Source of the DNA: the human T2T-CHM13v2.0 reference genome, Homo sapiens
Direction: 5' to 3' (one strand)
Assembly (NCBI RefSeq): GCF_009914755.1
Contig: NC_060947.1
Length of the DNA stretch: 64,000 nt
Shown: positions 41,031 to 55,525 of the stretch, piece by piece
Position numbering within the stretch: the stretch's first letter is position 1
Layout: each line of letters begins with the position of its first letter
Position numbers and translations under genes: made by a program
The notes under the pieces: generated by a model
Told to the model about the DNA's origin: nothing
The model's input: the letters and a program-made list of their open reading frames with translations, nothing else
Databases searched by the model: none

Positions 41031-41721
41031 CTTTTGCTGGAACAAATTCCTTTCAGCCAAAACACGTTCCAATTTTTCTGTGGTTCTCTTCAATTCTTCC
41101 AGCTCTCTCTGGTTCTTCAACTTTGGTGTATTATGACCTTCGCTCTCCTCATAGCCTCTTGCTTTCTCCCCAATGGCTGCAGCAGGGATTGCAGCAGAGG
41201 CCACAGAATAAGGCACTGGGTTCCAGGATTCAACTGCTTTTCGTCTCTCAGCAAGCTCCTCTCTGTTAAAAGGGATCAGCTGAATGGGAGCTCCTGAATC
41301 TCTAACACCTTTGGCAACACCCACAACAGCTACAAAAGGTCCCTTGTTGACTTCTTCTTTGTTTATGGTTGTGCTACCTCTGTTAGATTCTTCTGCCACC
41401 AATCTTGGCATCTGATCTTCTAATTCTTCAGGAAGCAGGGACCCCTGGCGTTGGTCTTTGGCCCCTGGATACAGAATTGAAACCTCCCTATTCTGACCTG
41501 TATTCTTGCTTGCTTCTGGGTATTCTGGGAAAAGGTATGGTGGTGTACTTCTCTCAGAACTCGATTTATCATGGCTGTTCTCCCCTTCTGGGTAGGCAAC
41601 AGGTGCTTCTACCCTCCTGTAAGGAGCAGGCATGGAATAATCTAGAGAAGGTGTTGTCATCTCATTCTGGAGCCTTCTTCGTTTCTCCACCGGTTCTTCA
41701 CCTAGGATCCATTTGTACTTA
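41031..41721 (-). CDS. MORC4: MORC4 large exon (KYKWILGEEPVEKRRR...ERNLFQQK), linker, NLS-like motif and start of coiled coil
   Basis: 691 nt; acceptor TTCCTCTTCTTGCAG|, donor AAG|GTTAGG; inside ORF 41007..41795; phases 2 to 0 fit neighbours. Confidence 0.95.
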
Positions 41722-43928
41722 CTGCAAGAAGAGGAAATTAAATTGTAAGCTGTCAGAGTACAAGTTAAGTATTTTCTGATCCTATGGAGCCCCAACTCAA
41801 ACTTCCCATATTCAGACTGACTCTAGATGTTACCCACAGACAAGTCCAGGTTAGGGATACAACTTTACCCACAAGCCTCAACCATTTCACTAGTGCGACT
41901 GGTATTAACGGAGAGGTGAAGTTGAAAGGTGTGACTGGGCAGCATCTGGATATAATAGGACTAGGTTGACCTTGGTAAGAATTCTAAAAATAAGATTGCG
42001 ACCAGCCTGACTTAGAAGTATCCTAAAGATGCAAGTCAAGAGGGAAGACAAAGAAAAAACACATACCCCAAATCCCCTAACACAAGAATGGAATAAAAAG
42101 GCCATAAAAAGCCTAGAAGAGTATGCAGAGAACAGTGCCAACTCATTAATTTTACAGCATCACAAATGCCTTCCCGTATCAAAGACTTATGCACATTTTT
42201 TTATATTGCAGCAGAACCACACAATTCTTTCACCAGCCCACTGGATTGTGGCTATTGCCCATAGTTCACTTGTAAAAGTTAATTGAATCACAGGGGCCTA
42301 GTCAGAAACAAAGAAAGTGAATCAGCCAATTCAAGTCATTTTCCCCTTGTGACAAAGAATTCCCGTGCTCAAGCACAAGCAGACACTCCCTGAGTTGTGC
42401 AGGAAAGCCCATGATGATGACCTTAAATCATCTTCCATGTTTGGCTGCTGTATGCACTAGGGGTTGAAGAACTAATGAAACAACTGGCACCAGAGAAATC
42501 CATAGGCAATTTTTAATCATGCAGCAGGGTGGGAACCCCATTTTTATCCTTACAACTATTCTGTCCTCCTTCTGGATAACCAAGACATTTCAAGATAAAA
42601 TCAACTTTCAAATTTTCAATGAGAAAGCATCAGACATATGATTTGCCACCTCATAGTACCTCAAGGTTGCCCATATTTCTCTGTATTTTTTGAGAACACC
42701 GGTAAGACAAACCAAACTGTAGTTTCTTATAGTGCCCATATGTTCTTCAGAAATACAACTGATCTGCCATCTTAATAGATCTTGTCGTGTTAGCCTTAGG
42801 TAAAAGCAAAAGGACTTAGGAGCTATGTAAGAATAACTGTATCCATCTTTGAACACGTATAAGGTCTACTACTGATGGCCCAGTCAGCTGTGGTACTGAA
42901 GAAGACAGTAAAACAATCAGTTGGCAGGTACAAAGGAAAAGTATATAATACTAAATAGCAACAACCAAGCCTTGTGAAAAGCAATTACAGTCATATTATC
43001 TGCCTTCTCTTCGTTTTCCCACCTCTAAGGGTTCTGTCCTTAACTATCTTCTCTTCTGACCCTGTATTTCTTCTCCTTTGTAATCTTATACAACCTCTTG
43101 GCTACAATCTCTGGGCAACAACTCCCATATTCTCCCAAACCCTGACCCCCAGTATTGAATTTCCAACTGCCTGTCACACATTTCTTCCTGGAGGTCCCAC
43201 TGGTATCTCAAACTCAGTATGTATAAAACCAACCTTTCATTTTCACCTTCAAACCTGCTCCTTTTCCCTATGTTTCCTATTTGTGTTACAACAGCACCAA
43301 ACTGTCACTAATATTTATACGGTAGGTTTATACATTATCAATACTCAAGTTCAAGCTCCCACTACCTTTCCTGGACTACTGCAATGGCTTCCTCCTGTCT
43401 CCAGTCTCCCCTTCTCTTACCTCCAGATCACTGTCCCAAGCTAATCTTCCTAAAGCATTGCTTTGATTATGCTACTCCTCTATTCAAAATCTTTATTTAT
43501 TGCTCCCCACAACATAAAAGCTTAAATGTCTTAGCTCACTATTGAAGCTTTTCCATGCCAAAACATAGTAAACATTTACTGAGCACTTACTCTGTACCAG
43601 ATCATGTAAGAAGTGCTTAACATGTATTGCCTCATCTAATTCTCCCAATAAACATGAGGCAGGTGGGATTATTATCTCCACTGTTTTAAGGGGATGCTCA
43701 GGAAGAAGTTAACTTTCTCAAGGTGGCTAGTAAGTATCAGAGCTGGGACAGAATTTGGCCCCAGCTTTATCTCTCATTACTCCCTTCACAAACATCAGTC
43801 AAACTGGATGCCTTTTGACTGGAGTGCCCTTCTTCTACCCAACACTGCATGCATAAATCCAACTCAAATGCTACTTCTGAATTCCTATAGCACTTCAAGC
43901 ACTCTTATTAAAATGCATCACTTACTAC

Positions 43929-43930
<2 letters not shown>

Positions 43931-43977
<47 letters not shown>
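43931..43977. repeat. (TG)23 microsatellite
   Basis: Direct reading. Confidence 0.97.
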
Positions 43978-43979
<2 letters not shown>

Positions 43980-45244
43980 TAGGTACCTTACAAAAGCATA
44001 AAAGTATAAGTTCCTACACAGAAGGGAGCTTAATTAACCATGCTAGATGGGGAGGAGGGAACAAAACTTTCACATAAGAGGCAACCAAAAAAAGAACTAT
44101 TATGTGAATGAGGGAAAATAACTAGATTTTACTTATTGGTTCTATACTTCTCCAGAAAGTCTGGCAAGTCCTTTTAGGAATCAATTCTCATACCAGACTT
44201 GTATTCACTCATTGAGTAGAGATTAATTATGGGTTTTATATACTAGAAATTCTCCAACTACACAGTTTCCTCTTATTTTCTTTCTGCCCTTTGTCATATT
44301 CCTCCATTGTCTGTCAATTCATGGTGTATTTTTGGTTTTCTCCTTTAAGTATTTTACATTTTCTGACATACACCATGTTTCTGCTCCTTCAAAATGCTTT
44401 CTCAGAGGCTTCTGTAATTAACCACTATCAGTTTTGTATTATTTCACTAACCAAGACAGAGAATGATACATTCAAATTAATATATTTCATTTTTTACTCA
44501 CTCATTTCATAAATGTTTCCTACTATGTTTAAGGAACTATGATAGGCAAGAATAAGGACCAAAAATCACGGCCCTGTAATAGTGTATATATACTCCTTCC
44601 AGATGATGTATTTTTCAACATCTTTACTGGGATAGAAATCTATAAATTCACTTAAGGTATACAATTCAACAATTTTAGTATTCTCACAGAGTTGTGTAAC
44701 CATCACCACAATCTAAGTTGTGAAAATATGCACCACCCCGCAAGAAACCTCCTACACATCAGCAGTTACTCCCCATACCCCCACTGGGACACTACTCTAC
44801 TTTCTGTCTCTGTAGATTTGCCTATTCTAGGCATTTAATATAAATGGAATAATAAAACATATGGCTTTTTTAAACTCGCTTCTTTCACCTAAATGGAATA
44901 AAACATATGATTTTTAACTTGCTTCTTTCATTTAACACAATGTTTTCAAGTTTCATCCATGTTGTAGCACATAATCAGTATTTCATTCCTTTTCATAGCT
45001 AAATAATAGTCCATTGTATGAATAGGCCACATTTTATATCCATTCATCAGTTGATAGTTATTTAAATTGCATCCACTTTTTGGCTACCATAAATGATGCT
45101 GCTATGAACATTAGCATACAAGTTTTTATATAGATACGTTTTCCGTTTTCTTGGGTATAAACTTAGGTGTGGCATTACTGAGTCATATGGCATTCTGTTT
45201 AACATTTTGTGAAACTATTGGAATGTTTTCCAAAGCAGCTGTAA

Positions 45245-45478
<234 letters not shown>

Positions 45479-45923
45479 TAAGCATCTAAAAATATAATTT
45501 TCCCTCTGAGTATTTCTTTAGCTTCAACCCATAGTTTCCATATGTTTTGTTTTAATTTTCATATTTTCAATATATTTTTACATTTCCAATGTGATTTTTT
45601 TTCTTCTACCCATTTATTTTGGAAATTAAGACGTGTCATTTAATTTCCATATATTTGTGCATTTTCCAAATTTCCTTAGGTTGTTGATTTCTAATTTAAT
45701 TATATTGCGATTGGAGAACATCCTTTGTATGATTGTCAATATTTTTAAATTCACTGAGGTTTGTTTTACAACCTAACATACAGTCTGTCTATCCTGGAGA
45801 ATATTTCACGTGCATTTGAGAAGAATACATACTATGTTGTTGCTGGGTGAAGTTTTCTGTATGTATGTCAGGTCTGGTTGGTTCAGAATGTTCTTCAAGT
45901 CTTCTAGTTCCTTGTTGATCTTC

Positions 45924-46445
45924 CTAGTTGTTGTATCCGTTATTGAAAGTAGGGCATTGAAGTCTCCAACTATTATTGTTGAATTGTCTATTTCTCTCTA
46001 CAATTCTGTCTGTTTTTGCTTTGTGTATTTCTGGGGCTCTGTAGTTAGGTATATATATATATACCTGTAGTTAATCTATATATATATATTATATATATAT
46101 ATATATATATAATATATATATATATAAAACACACTTTAGATGCAAAGATACAGATAGGTTGGAAGTAAAAGGATTGAAAAAGATTCAACATGCAAACATG
46201 GTTATACTAATATCAGACAAGATAGACTTTTAAATAAAAAATGTTACTGGATATAAAGAGGGACCTTTCATAATGATAAAGTCCATCAGGAAGATGTAAT
46301 AAGTACACTCACATATGGACCTAACTACAGAGCCCCAGAAATACACAAAGCAAAAACAGACAGAACTGTAGAGAGAAACAGACAATTCAACAATAATAGT
46401 TGGAGACTTCAATGCCCTACTTTCAATAATGGATACAACAACTAG
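45924..46445. repeat. 127-bp inverted repeat (45924-46050 / 46319-46445) enclosing (TA)n and an inverted L1 segment
   Basis: Arms are reverse complements with 3 mismatches; ORFs 45810(+) and 46230(-) share KSPTIIVELS...FWGSVVR. Confidence 0.95.
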
Positions 46446-49400
46446 ATATATATAAAATCTGATATCTGTCTTTTGATTGGATTGCTTAATCCAGTCACAT
46501 TTTCTGTTACTGATAAGATAAAATTTACATCTGCTATTTAGTTTTTTAATTTTCTACAAGTGTCACGCCTTCTTTGTTCCTTTGACCCATCTTTATTTTT
46601 CCTCTTTTTATATCATGTATTTTCTAGTATAACATTCACGAATCTAATAATACATTGTTATAATTATTACTTTATGCAATGTTACATCTTCCAAGGAAGC
46701 CAAGAGAAGAAAGCAGAGCAAGCACATATTTACAGAGTTTGTTTCATTAACCTTTTTATTTTCCATTTTTTAATTGTCATTTCAGACTGTAGATCTGAGT
46801 TACTATCTGGCGTCATTTCCTTACTCCAATGTAACTTTATTCCCATCCACCTCCTTTGTGCTATTTTTTGTCAAATATTTTACATTTGTATATGTTATAA
46901 GCACAACGATAAATCAATATATATATATGCAATTATATACAAATACATATTGCTTTATGTTATTTAAATTGGTTAAGAATAGAAAGAGGAAGAAATATTC
47001 TATTGTTTTGTGCTCTTTAATTAACTACACAGTTACTTTTATAAGCACTCTTTGCTTTTTCATGTGAATTCAGATTACTGTCTGATATTGCTTGCTTTCA
47101 TCCTAAAAAAATCTCTCTAGTATTTCTTGTAAGGCAGGTCTGCTGGCAACAAATTCCTTCAGCTTTTATTTATCTGGCAATGTATTTAGTTCACCTTTAT
47201 TTCCTAAAGGTAATTTTATTGTATTTAAGATACTTGGTTGTCAGTCTTTCATTCAGTCCTTTGAATACGTCATCACGCTGCCTTCTTGTTCCCATTTTTT
47301 TCTCATGAGAAGTCATCAACTTTAATTTTCTTGGGATTCTCTTGTACATGATGAATCATTTTCTCTTTGCTTTTGGCTTTCAATATTTGCACTATGATGT
47401 GTCTGGCAATGAATCTCCGTATTTATCCTATTTTGAGTTTGCTGAGCTTCCTAGATGTATACATTAATGTTTTTCATCAACTTTTGGGAAGTTTTTAGCC
47501 ATGATTTCTTGAAATATTTTTTCTACTTCATTTTCTCTCTATTCTTCTATTATGCATATGTTGGTGCATTTCATGGCGTTCCACATTTCTCTGAAGCTCT
47601 GTTCATTTTTCTTTTCCACTGTTCTTCAAATTGCATAATCTATAACTTATCTATCTTCAAGTTTTTTTATTCTTTATTCTTCCAACTCTAATGTGCTGTT
47701 GAGTCCCTTTAAAATTTTTTTCATATCAGTTATTATACCTTGCACCTTCAGAATTTCCATTTGATTCTTTTTATAGGTTCTGTCCATTATTAATATTCTC
47801 TACTTTAATTCTTTAGACATGGTCTCCTTTAGTTCTTTGAATGTGTTTACAACAGCTGCATTGAAGTATTTGTCTGATAAATCCAATATCTGAATCTCTT
47901 CAAGAGCAGTTTCTATTGCTGTTCCTCCCCACCCTCTGCTCCCATGTAGAGGTCACACTTCCCTGTTTCTCTTCATGTTTCATAATTTTTGTTGACAACT
48001 GGACATTTTAGATAATATAGCAATTCTGGACACTGATCTCCCCTTCCCTATGACACTGATGTTGTTGTTTGCTTGGTTGTTTATTTAGTGACTTCGCTGA
48101 ACTGACTCTATGCAGTCCATTTCCCCTGTATTATGCAGCCTCTGATGTACTTGTTCAGATTTTTTTTCTTGATTTTAATCTTTCACCTGGCAACCTAGTT
48201 CATACCTGGTTTGGCACAGGCCACTTATTAGTTAAAGGTTGTGCTTAAGTCCCTTCAGCTGGTTAGATTTTTACCCTTTTCCATTGAGTGTGTGCGAGAC
48301 TTGGAGGTTACTACCAAAGTTCAAGAGTATGCTTCTGTCCCACATTCAGCCAGGTACTAATAGCTTAGATTTTCCCTCTTCAATCACCCTGGAGGTAGCA
48401 TAGCATTGAACATGTACACAGTCTCCTAGATTGCCAAGGATGTATGTGATTTCATTTTTAAGCCTGGTTCCCAGGAGGTGCCCCTGGGTCAGAGTAACAT
48501 CGTTCAGCCAGTGGTTGGTTAGAGGTTGTGCTTAAACCCCTAGTGCCAGTGAGGCTCCTCTTCTTTACTGTTTCATCTGTGTTCAGCTTGAGGACGGCTT
48601 TCAAGTCCACCTTAGGTCCTGCTCTGATTGCTTCTGAGTGGGTGTAGCCCTGTGCTTATACACAGCCTTTCTGACACCCAAGACTATGATCCGAAGAGGG
48701 CTCTTGACTGTATTTCCCTGATTCTCTCTGTTACCAAACTTATGATCGCTTGCACATTTTGCTTGCTGAAACTTGTCATGGAGTTATAATTGCCCTCATA
48801 ATTGTTCTCCACCAAGATCTCCATTATTTTTGACAATGCCCCTTAGTCACAGAATTCTTCATGTTCTGCTCCACATAAAGTCAATTCCTTTAGGTAGAGC
48901 TGTGGCATTCCTCATCCTTAAGGCCTGCCTCTCTCTTTAAGCAGAATCTCTGGCACAGTGTGCAAGAACTAGAGACAACAACAGTAACATACTTCTCCCA
49001 GAGTAAAATCCCTTCTTTATGAATGGGTACTGGGGTAATTTTTGGCTTACTTCTTCCAGCATAGACTTCTGACCTATGAGCAAGCTCGGGTAGGAACAAT
49101 AGGGGCATGGTATTACTAACTTGCTGTTCCTTTGTGAGTGCTCCCACCCTATAAGTGAGGGCTTTGTTGGGGAAGAGAAGGCTGGGAGAAGAGAGACCCA
49201 GTCTTCGTGGATCTGCCTGGAATAGAGCTTCTACAAAACAGAACTGGAGAGGAGATGAGAAAAGCCAGAGGCCTGCTCCTCCCAGGTAAAACCATAGCTC
49301 TAGACAATGAGCTAGGGGATGAGGGAGCCCCCATCTTCTAGACCACACCCACATGGATTAGAATTCCTTTGAGTAGTTTTCATAAAATAGAGCTTGGAGT

Positions 49401-49899
49401 GGGACAGCTTGTGGTTCAAATGCCACTGACTCTTGCTGTTCTTCCTGAGATTTAGAAGATTTCTTGAATATTTCTCCCTTTGCTGTGTGCCCCTAGGACA
49501 CTATCCAGAAACACTGATTTTTTTTAAATATATTTTTTCAAGTTAAACAGTTATTTATTGGTGACAGAGTCCACTATGCTCCTCATTTCTCCATTCTGGA
49601 AGTTGCTTCCCTAGATCATATTTTTAAATGTTAATACTGGCCCCTGAATCAATCTTATTCATTTGCAAAATTGTTCATCTATTTCTACCCCTTGTTTGTT
49701 ATTTCAAGTATTCCTTTAGACACAGTAGAATGTCTCTACTTCTCTCCCTCCACTGTTAACAGTGCAATTCAGAATTTGTTAACCTTTAAAAATATGAACT
49801 AATTAGCCTTTGACATATAGCTTACTCAAATCTAAATATCTAAATAAATTACAGCCACTAATTCTTGCCTTCATTCAAATGCTTACGGTTACTTTAGAT

Positions 49900-50187
49900 C
49901 TTTCTTTTTTTTTGAGACAGGGTCTTGCTCTGTTGCCCAGACTAGAGCACAGTTGCGCAATCACAGCTGGCTCACTGCAGCCTATGCTCAAGCGATCCTC
50001 CCACCTCAGCCTCCAGAGTAGCTGGGACCACAGGCGCACGTCACCACACCTGGCTAATTTTTTATTATTTGTAGAGAAGAGGTCTCACTGTGTTGCCCAG
50101 GCTAGTCTCGAACTCCTGGGCTCAAGCAACCCTCCTGTCTCAGCCTCCCAAGTGCTGGTATAAGAGGCGTGAGGTACTGCACCCGGC
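49900..50187 (-). mobile_element. AluJ
   Basis: Antisense dimer; TSD-like ACTTTA(G/A)ATCTT on both sides. Confidence 0.9.
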
Positions 50188-50235
50188 CACTTTAAATCTT
50201 ATTTTGTATCACTCATAAGAGAACTATACATATTT

Positions 50236-50590
<355 letters not shown>

Positions 50591-50683
50591 TTACATATCA
50601 AATTTTGACTACTCAAACCTCCTTCATCTTTGATCTTGTCACTACCCTAGAACAGGGCCTTTCATAAAGTAGGCACTCAAATA

Positions 50684-51021
50684 CAGTCGTGCATTACTTA
50701 ATGATGGTCATACGCTCTGAGAAATCCATTGTTAGACAATTTCCTCATCGTGCAAACATCATAGAGTATCCTTACACAAACCCAGATGGTATAGCCTACT
50801 ATACACCTAGGCAATAGCCTATTGCTCCTAGGCTATAAACCTGTACAGCATGTGACTGTAGTGAATACTATAGGCAACTGTAACAAAATGGTAAGTATTT
50901 GCATATCAAATATATCTAAATATACAAAAGGTACAGTAAAAATACAGTATTGTAAGTTTATGGGATAACTGTTGTGTATGTGTTCTGTTATTGACCAAGA
51001 TGTCATTATGCGGCACGATTA
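50684..51021. mobile_element. Tigger3a/MER7A non-autonomous DNA transposon
   Basis: TA-flanked, degenerate TIRs cagtcgtgcattacttaatga / tcattatgcggcacgatta; internal tacacaaacccagatggtatagcctactatacacctagg. Confidence 0.85.
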
Positions 51022-52307
51022 TACATGTAGGATGAACAAATAGAAAGGGATTATTTCCTTTAACAGAAATAAGCTGTCTTCCCCAAAAAGGTTATACCTG
51101 CTTACATACTGGTGGAACCTATTCTTTATTGCAGGTCCTCTCCTCCCCTTGCTAGATTTGTGGGACTCACAAAGCTGTTTCCAGTGACACCTGTGGCGCC
51201 CCTGCTAAACTACCCACTAGAACTTAAAAGTTTTCTTGGATACTGTAGGCTTTATTTTATCTGGAGTTAGTAAGCTGAACTACATGACCCAAGGACCCTT
51301 ATCAGCTTCCTATGCTGATAATAACAGAAGACCTTTGTAACTCTTGATTAAACCTTAATGTTTTATCAGAAATCCTATATATTTTACTAGACTCTTGAGT
51401 AACTCCATTTTCCCCCATTAAAAGGTAGTCTCAGCCCAATCAATGTGATTCCCTCGAAAAGTGTAACTTGAAATGACACAATCATCATTTACTGATCTTA
51501 TGTAACATATATGACATTAGCAACAGCAACTATCACATACCTCTTATGTTTCTCTTTCTCTTGAAATAATTTTATTCTCAATAAATTAAAATTACATATG
51601 AATGGTCAATGTACTTTACCTGTCCTCTACAGCCAAAACCTCACTCTCGATATAGCAATCCATAAAGACTCATACAAAAATTCCAATAGAGACTGATGAA
51701 GTATGCCACCCAATGGAAGTTCTATTGTACTGCATTCATAAAATAAGTATATAAATTAGCATTTGTAATCCCCTTGAGGTTACCAAAAACCACTACAGGG
51801 TTATAAAAGAAACACTGGAAAAAAAGGAAAAGTGGTCATAGTAAGGAAGGGACAGTCTTCAAAAGCAAAGACACCTGACACTCCAGCAGCAATGGTGATA
51901 TATGAGCATCTCCAGGAGACCAGGGTAAAAAGGTAACAATGTGCTTCAAAAACACTTAGCATTTACAGTGCACCCCTCCCAACCTAAAATGGGAGTTGGA
52001 AAAGTATGCATGGAAACGGTGTAATTAGGCTCAAGCTCCTGAGACTAAGGCTGGATTCTATTTCTTATCCCGTTGCTACAAAATTCAATCTTAGAAATTG
52101 CTTCTTAAATATGACTCAGATTCAACCATTACTTATTGAGTACCTACTATATTCCAAGGCACCGTTCTATTGGTTTTTTGTTTTTTTTTTAAGAGATGAG
52201 ATTTCGCTGTGTTGTCCAGGCTGGTCTTGAACTCAGAAACACAGAGAAAAACAAACCAACCAACCAGGAGTCACTTTATCCTATTATGTATTCCACTGAC
52301 TATTCTA

Positions 52308-52648
<341 letters not shown>

Positions 52649-53433
52649 TTACTGATGAACATAGACATTTCTACTATTAGAGAGCAACCTTGTCCCTGCC
52701 CTATATGGCTTGGCCCTGCAAGAGTGAGAAGCAGAATAGAGAAGAGAAAGCAAGGAGTCATAATTAGGAGTACTGAGTTCAGTCCCATGGGAGTAAAGGG
52801 GCAGTCATATCCTTCAGTGCTTCAAATACTCCTGATATCTAAGAAAAAGAACAGTTATGCTTCTTCTTGTTATGAAGACACAAAATAACACTGATGAGGT
52901 GCTAGAAGGTGAACAAGTAAAGTCCAATGCTAAACTTATACTAATAATTTATTCTAGGAAACAACAAATGATAAAGCTTACCTAATGGCACAAATATCTA
53001 ATAGTTATTTTTACATGTGGTCAACATGTGCTAGGCCTATGAGGCCCAAGAGAACTTCAATATCCATATACTGAAGAAAAGGAACAATGCTTATCATTAT
53101 AACATTACCTTATTTGTGTAGTATTTTACACTTTTCAAATTTTGTCTATTATTTCACTTGCACAATTCCCAATATAATGTGAATACATGATACATAAAAA
53201 GAGTATCAGCAAATGATCACCTCAAAATTATAGACCTGATACAGCAGTTATAATACTGAAAAATTGGAGGTACATGCAACACACAATTCTATCAACTTAA
53301 AATTGTGTTTCTACTTCTGAATTCCATGCTAGGCCTTAGAAAAAACAGAAACAAGGTAAAACATACCAACTTACTCTACAGGAAAACAGACTCTAAAGCT
53401 TACTATTGACAAGAGATCATGCTTTTTAGTCAC

Positions 53434-53609
53434 CTGGAAAACTGTAAAACACTGGAATCCAGAGGCTTAAGTTGAAGAGATGGTGATCTGCTTTCTTCTC
53501 CACCAGAAGGAAGCACACTAGGGCTATGAATTCCCTCATATCCAATTGTCTTGTTATTCAATCCAGCCATTTCTTGAACAGTAAGGATCTTTGGTGGATT
53601 ACTGAATAC
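53434..53609 (-). CDS. MORC4: MORC4 exon (VFSNPPKILTVQEMAG...DSSVLQFS)
   Basis: 176 nt open frame; TCTTTTATAG| acceptor, CAG|GTGACT donor; phases 0 to 2. Confidence 0.92.
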
Positions 53610-54040
53610 CTATAAAAGACAGAAATGATTTGTAAAAGTCTCAAATTCAAACCAAATGCCAAAGGATGAGTCAATCCTTCTGATGCTAGGAAAGAATGCT
53701 TGGCCAAATAAAAAGAAACTGTTTCCTACACAAAACAAACAGTGTGCAGTAATGTACACTAGAACACTGAACCCAGGCATACTCAGTTATCAACCTTATC
53801 AGCAGGACACCAAACAGACCTCCCCCAACTTACTTAGTGGCTCCTAGAATTATCCCACCCCCAATATAAACCCAGGCCCCCTAATCACTGTCTAATTCTC
53901 TCTTGTGACCCAGTTTAAGGCTGAGTTTTCACTCCCCTGAGATGTATGATGAGGGTAGGGTGGTGGGAAAATGCACTGCAGCAAGTGTCTGTGCCAGTTT
54001 GGGAGAAATACATGCGACAGACTAACATATATTCATAGTA

Positions 54041-54062
54041 CACACACACACACACACACACA
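54041..54062. repeat. (CA)11 microsatellite
   Basis: Direct reading. Confidence 0.9.
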
Positions 54063-55000
54063 GACATGCATCTGGATCTTGTGGGAGAGCCAGCTCATGA
54101 AGATAGTATGAATGATTAAGGTGAGGGAAAATATAGGGGAGGTAAACTGAATGAGAACAGGGCAGTCCTAGGAAATCTACCAATCTCTACATCAGACAAT
54201 TAAACCAAGGCATTAGGGTATGAAACCTGATTATTCATATGCCTGGGTCTTGGCAGGATATCAGAAGAAGAATTAGTATTAAATTGCCTCTATCCTCACC
54301 AGTCTGACCTACCCTGATTGAGTGAGTGGAAGGTGAATCTAACATGCGACTAGCAGATCTCTCTTGGAAAGAGGGTCAAGAGGGAAATCATGCAGAAAGG
54401 CAAGGTTGGGAGGGAAAGATATACGGGTGCTATGGTGGCTGTCAGGAAAGGAGTGTCCCTGAAAGGACGGCCAACCTTACTGCACCCTTCAGCGTCCGGA
54501 GCTGGGCAACCATGTCCGAGAGACAGTGCTCCTGAAAATTCAAAACAGCAGAATTTTTATAAAGCCAGCCAGCCTGAAAGCAGGGATAGGGGAGGAGTAC
54601 AAACAACCACCCCTTCTTCCCAAGAGGAAGGAGGAAGGGATCACCCCTGAATCCTAGAAGAAAAGAGACAGGAAAAGCAGACACTTAACAGGAGAAGCCT
54701 GTATGAGGATGAAACACAACCCTGAATATTCTGTGACATTGAATGTGATATTCATACTGTCCAGAGTCAGTACTGAATCCAAATCTGGAAGATAAACGAT
54801 TCGACTCTTCTACTTTTGGTGATCTAAACATCAGTGACAGCAGAGCAAAGCAAAACCAAAAGATTCAATGAAAAGAAGACCACCAGAAGAAATGGTTTGT
54901 TATTTCTATGCAGCTTTCAAGATTGCTGCTTCCTTCAACTTATATTTTCTGTTGGGGAAAATGTTGTGTGAGAACAATAAGGGTGTGCACTGCCTCTCAC

Positions 55001-55055
55001 CTGGTGGTTCTCATTTTCCATAGGCATCTTCTTCTTCTCCTCAACAGTTTGTTCT
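55001..55055 (-). CDS. MORC4: MORC4 exon (EQTVEEKKKMPMENENHQ)
   Basis: 55 nt; CTTCTCCTAG| acceptor, CAG|GTGAGA donor; phases 2 to 0. Confidence 0.9.
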
Positions 55056-55456
55056 CTAGGAGAAGATAAAAGTGCTATTTAGTTCACTCATGAAACTTCT
55101 CAGTTTGAAATGGACTGCCAATTGTAGATTTAGGTTATAATGTTCCTTCCAAATTACAAATACTGTGAGCCTCATTGAGTAACTGAGGGTGCCTTTCTGA
55201 ACTAGGCTACTGAAGTGAGATTTCAAGTGCCCCACCAGAGAGAGAGAGAGAGAGGAGAGAGAAAGACTAAAGACAATCACTAGTTGAGACATTCAGGAGA
55301 TGATTAGAAGGAATAAAGAACTGGGAGAGCAGAGAGGTGAGGAGGGAAATTATTTAAGAACCAAAAAAATTCTCTCTTCTCAAAACTCCCGTCCTGTAAG
55401 GAAGTGTCAGGCTACTCTACCCTATGGTAGAGAACCCCATCTCATGTATACTCAAC

Positions 55457-55525
55457 TGTTTCTTAGCTTTGCTCAAGCACAGGTCTTCATCAGTGAGTTC
55501 TTGTTCCTCTGGAACAGAGCATCTC
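55457..55525 (-). CDS. MORC4: MORC4 exon completing the CW finger (RCSVPEEQELTDEDLCLSKAKK)
   Basis: 69 nt; CTGCAG| acceptor, CA|GTTGAG donor; supplies the last Cys of the zf-CW (C.VPEE). Confidence 0.9.

Noticed and set aside
41701-41703. CCTAG|GTG as the acceptor of the MORC4 large exon
   Set aside because: It breaks the frame with the upstream phase-2 exon and lacks a pyrimidine tract; the 41721 acceptor fits.
40552-41779. Plus-strand ORFs of 103-124 aa
   Set aside because: Antisense shadows of MORC4 coding exons.
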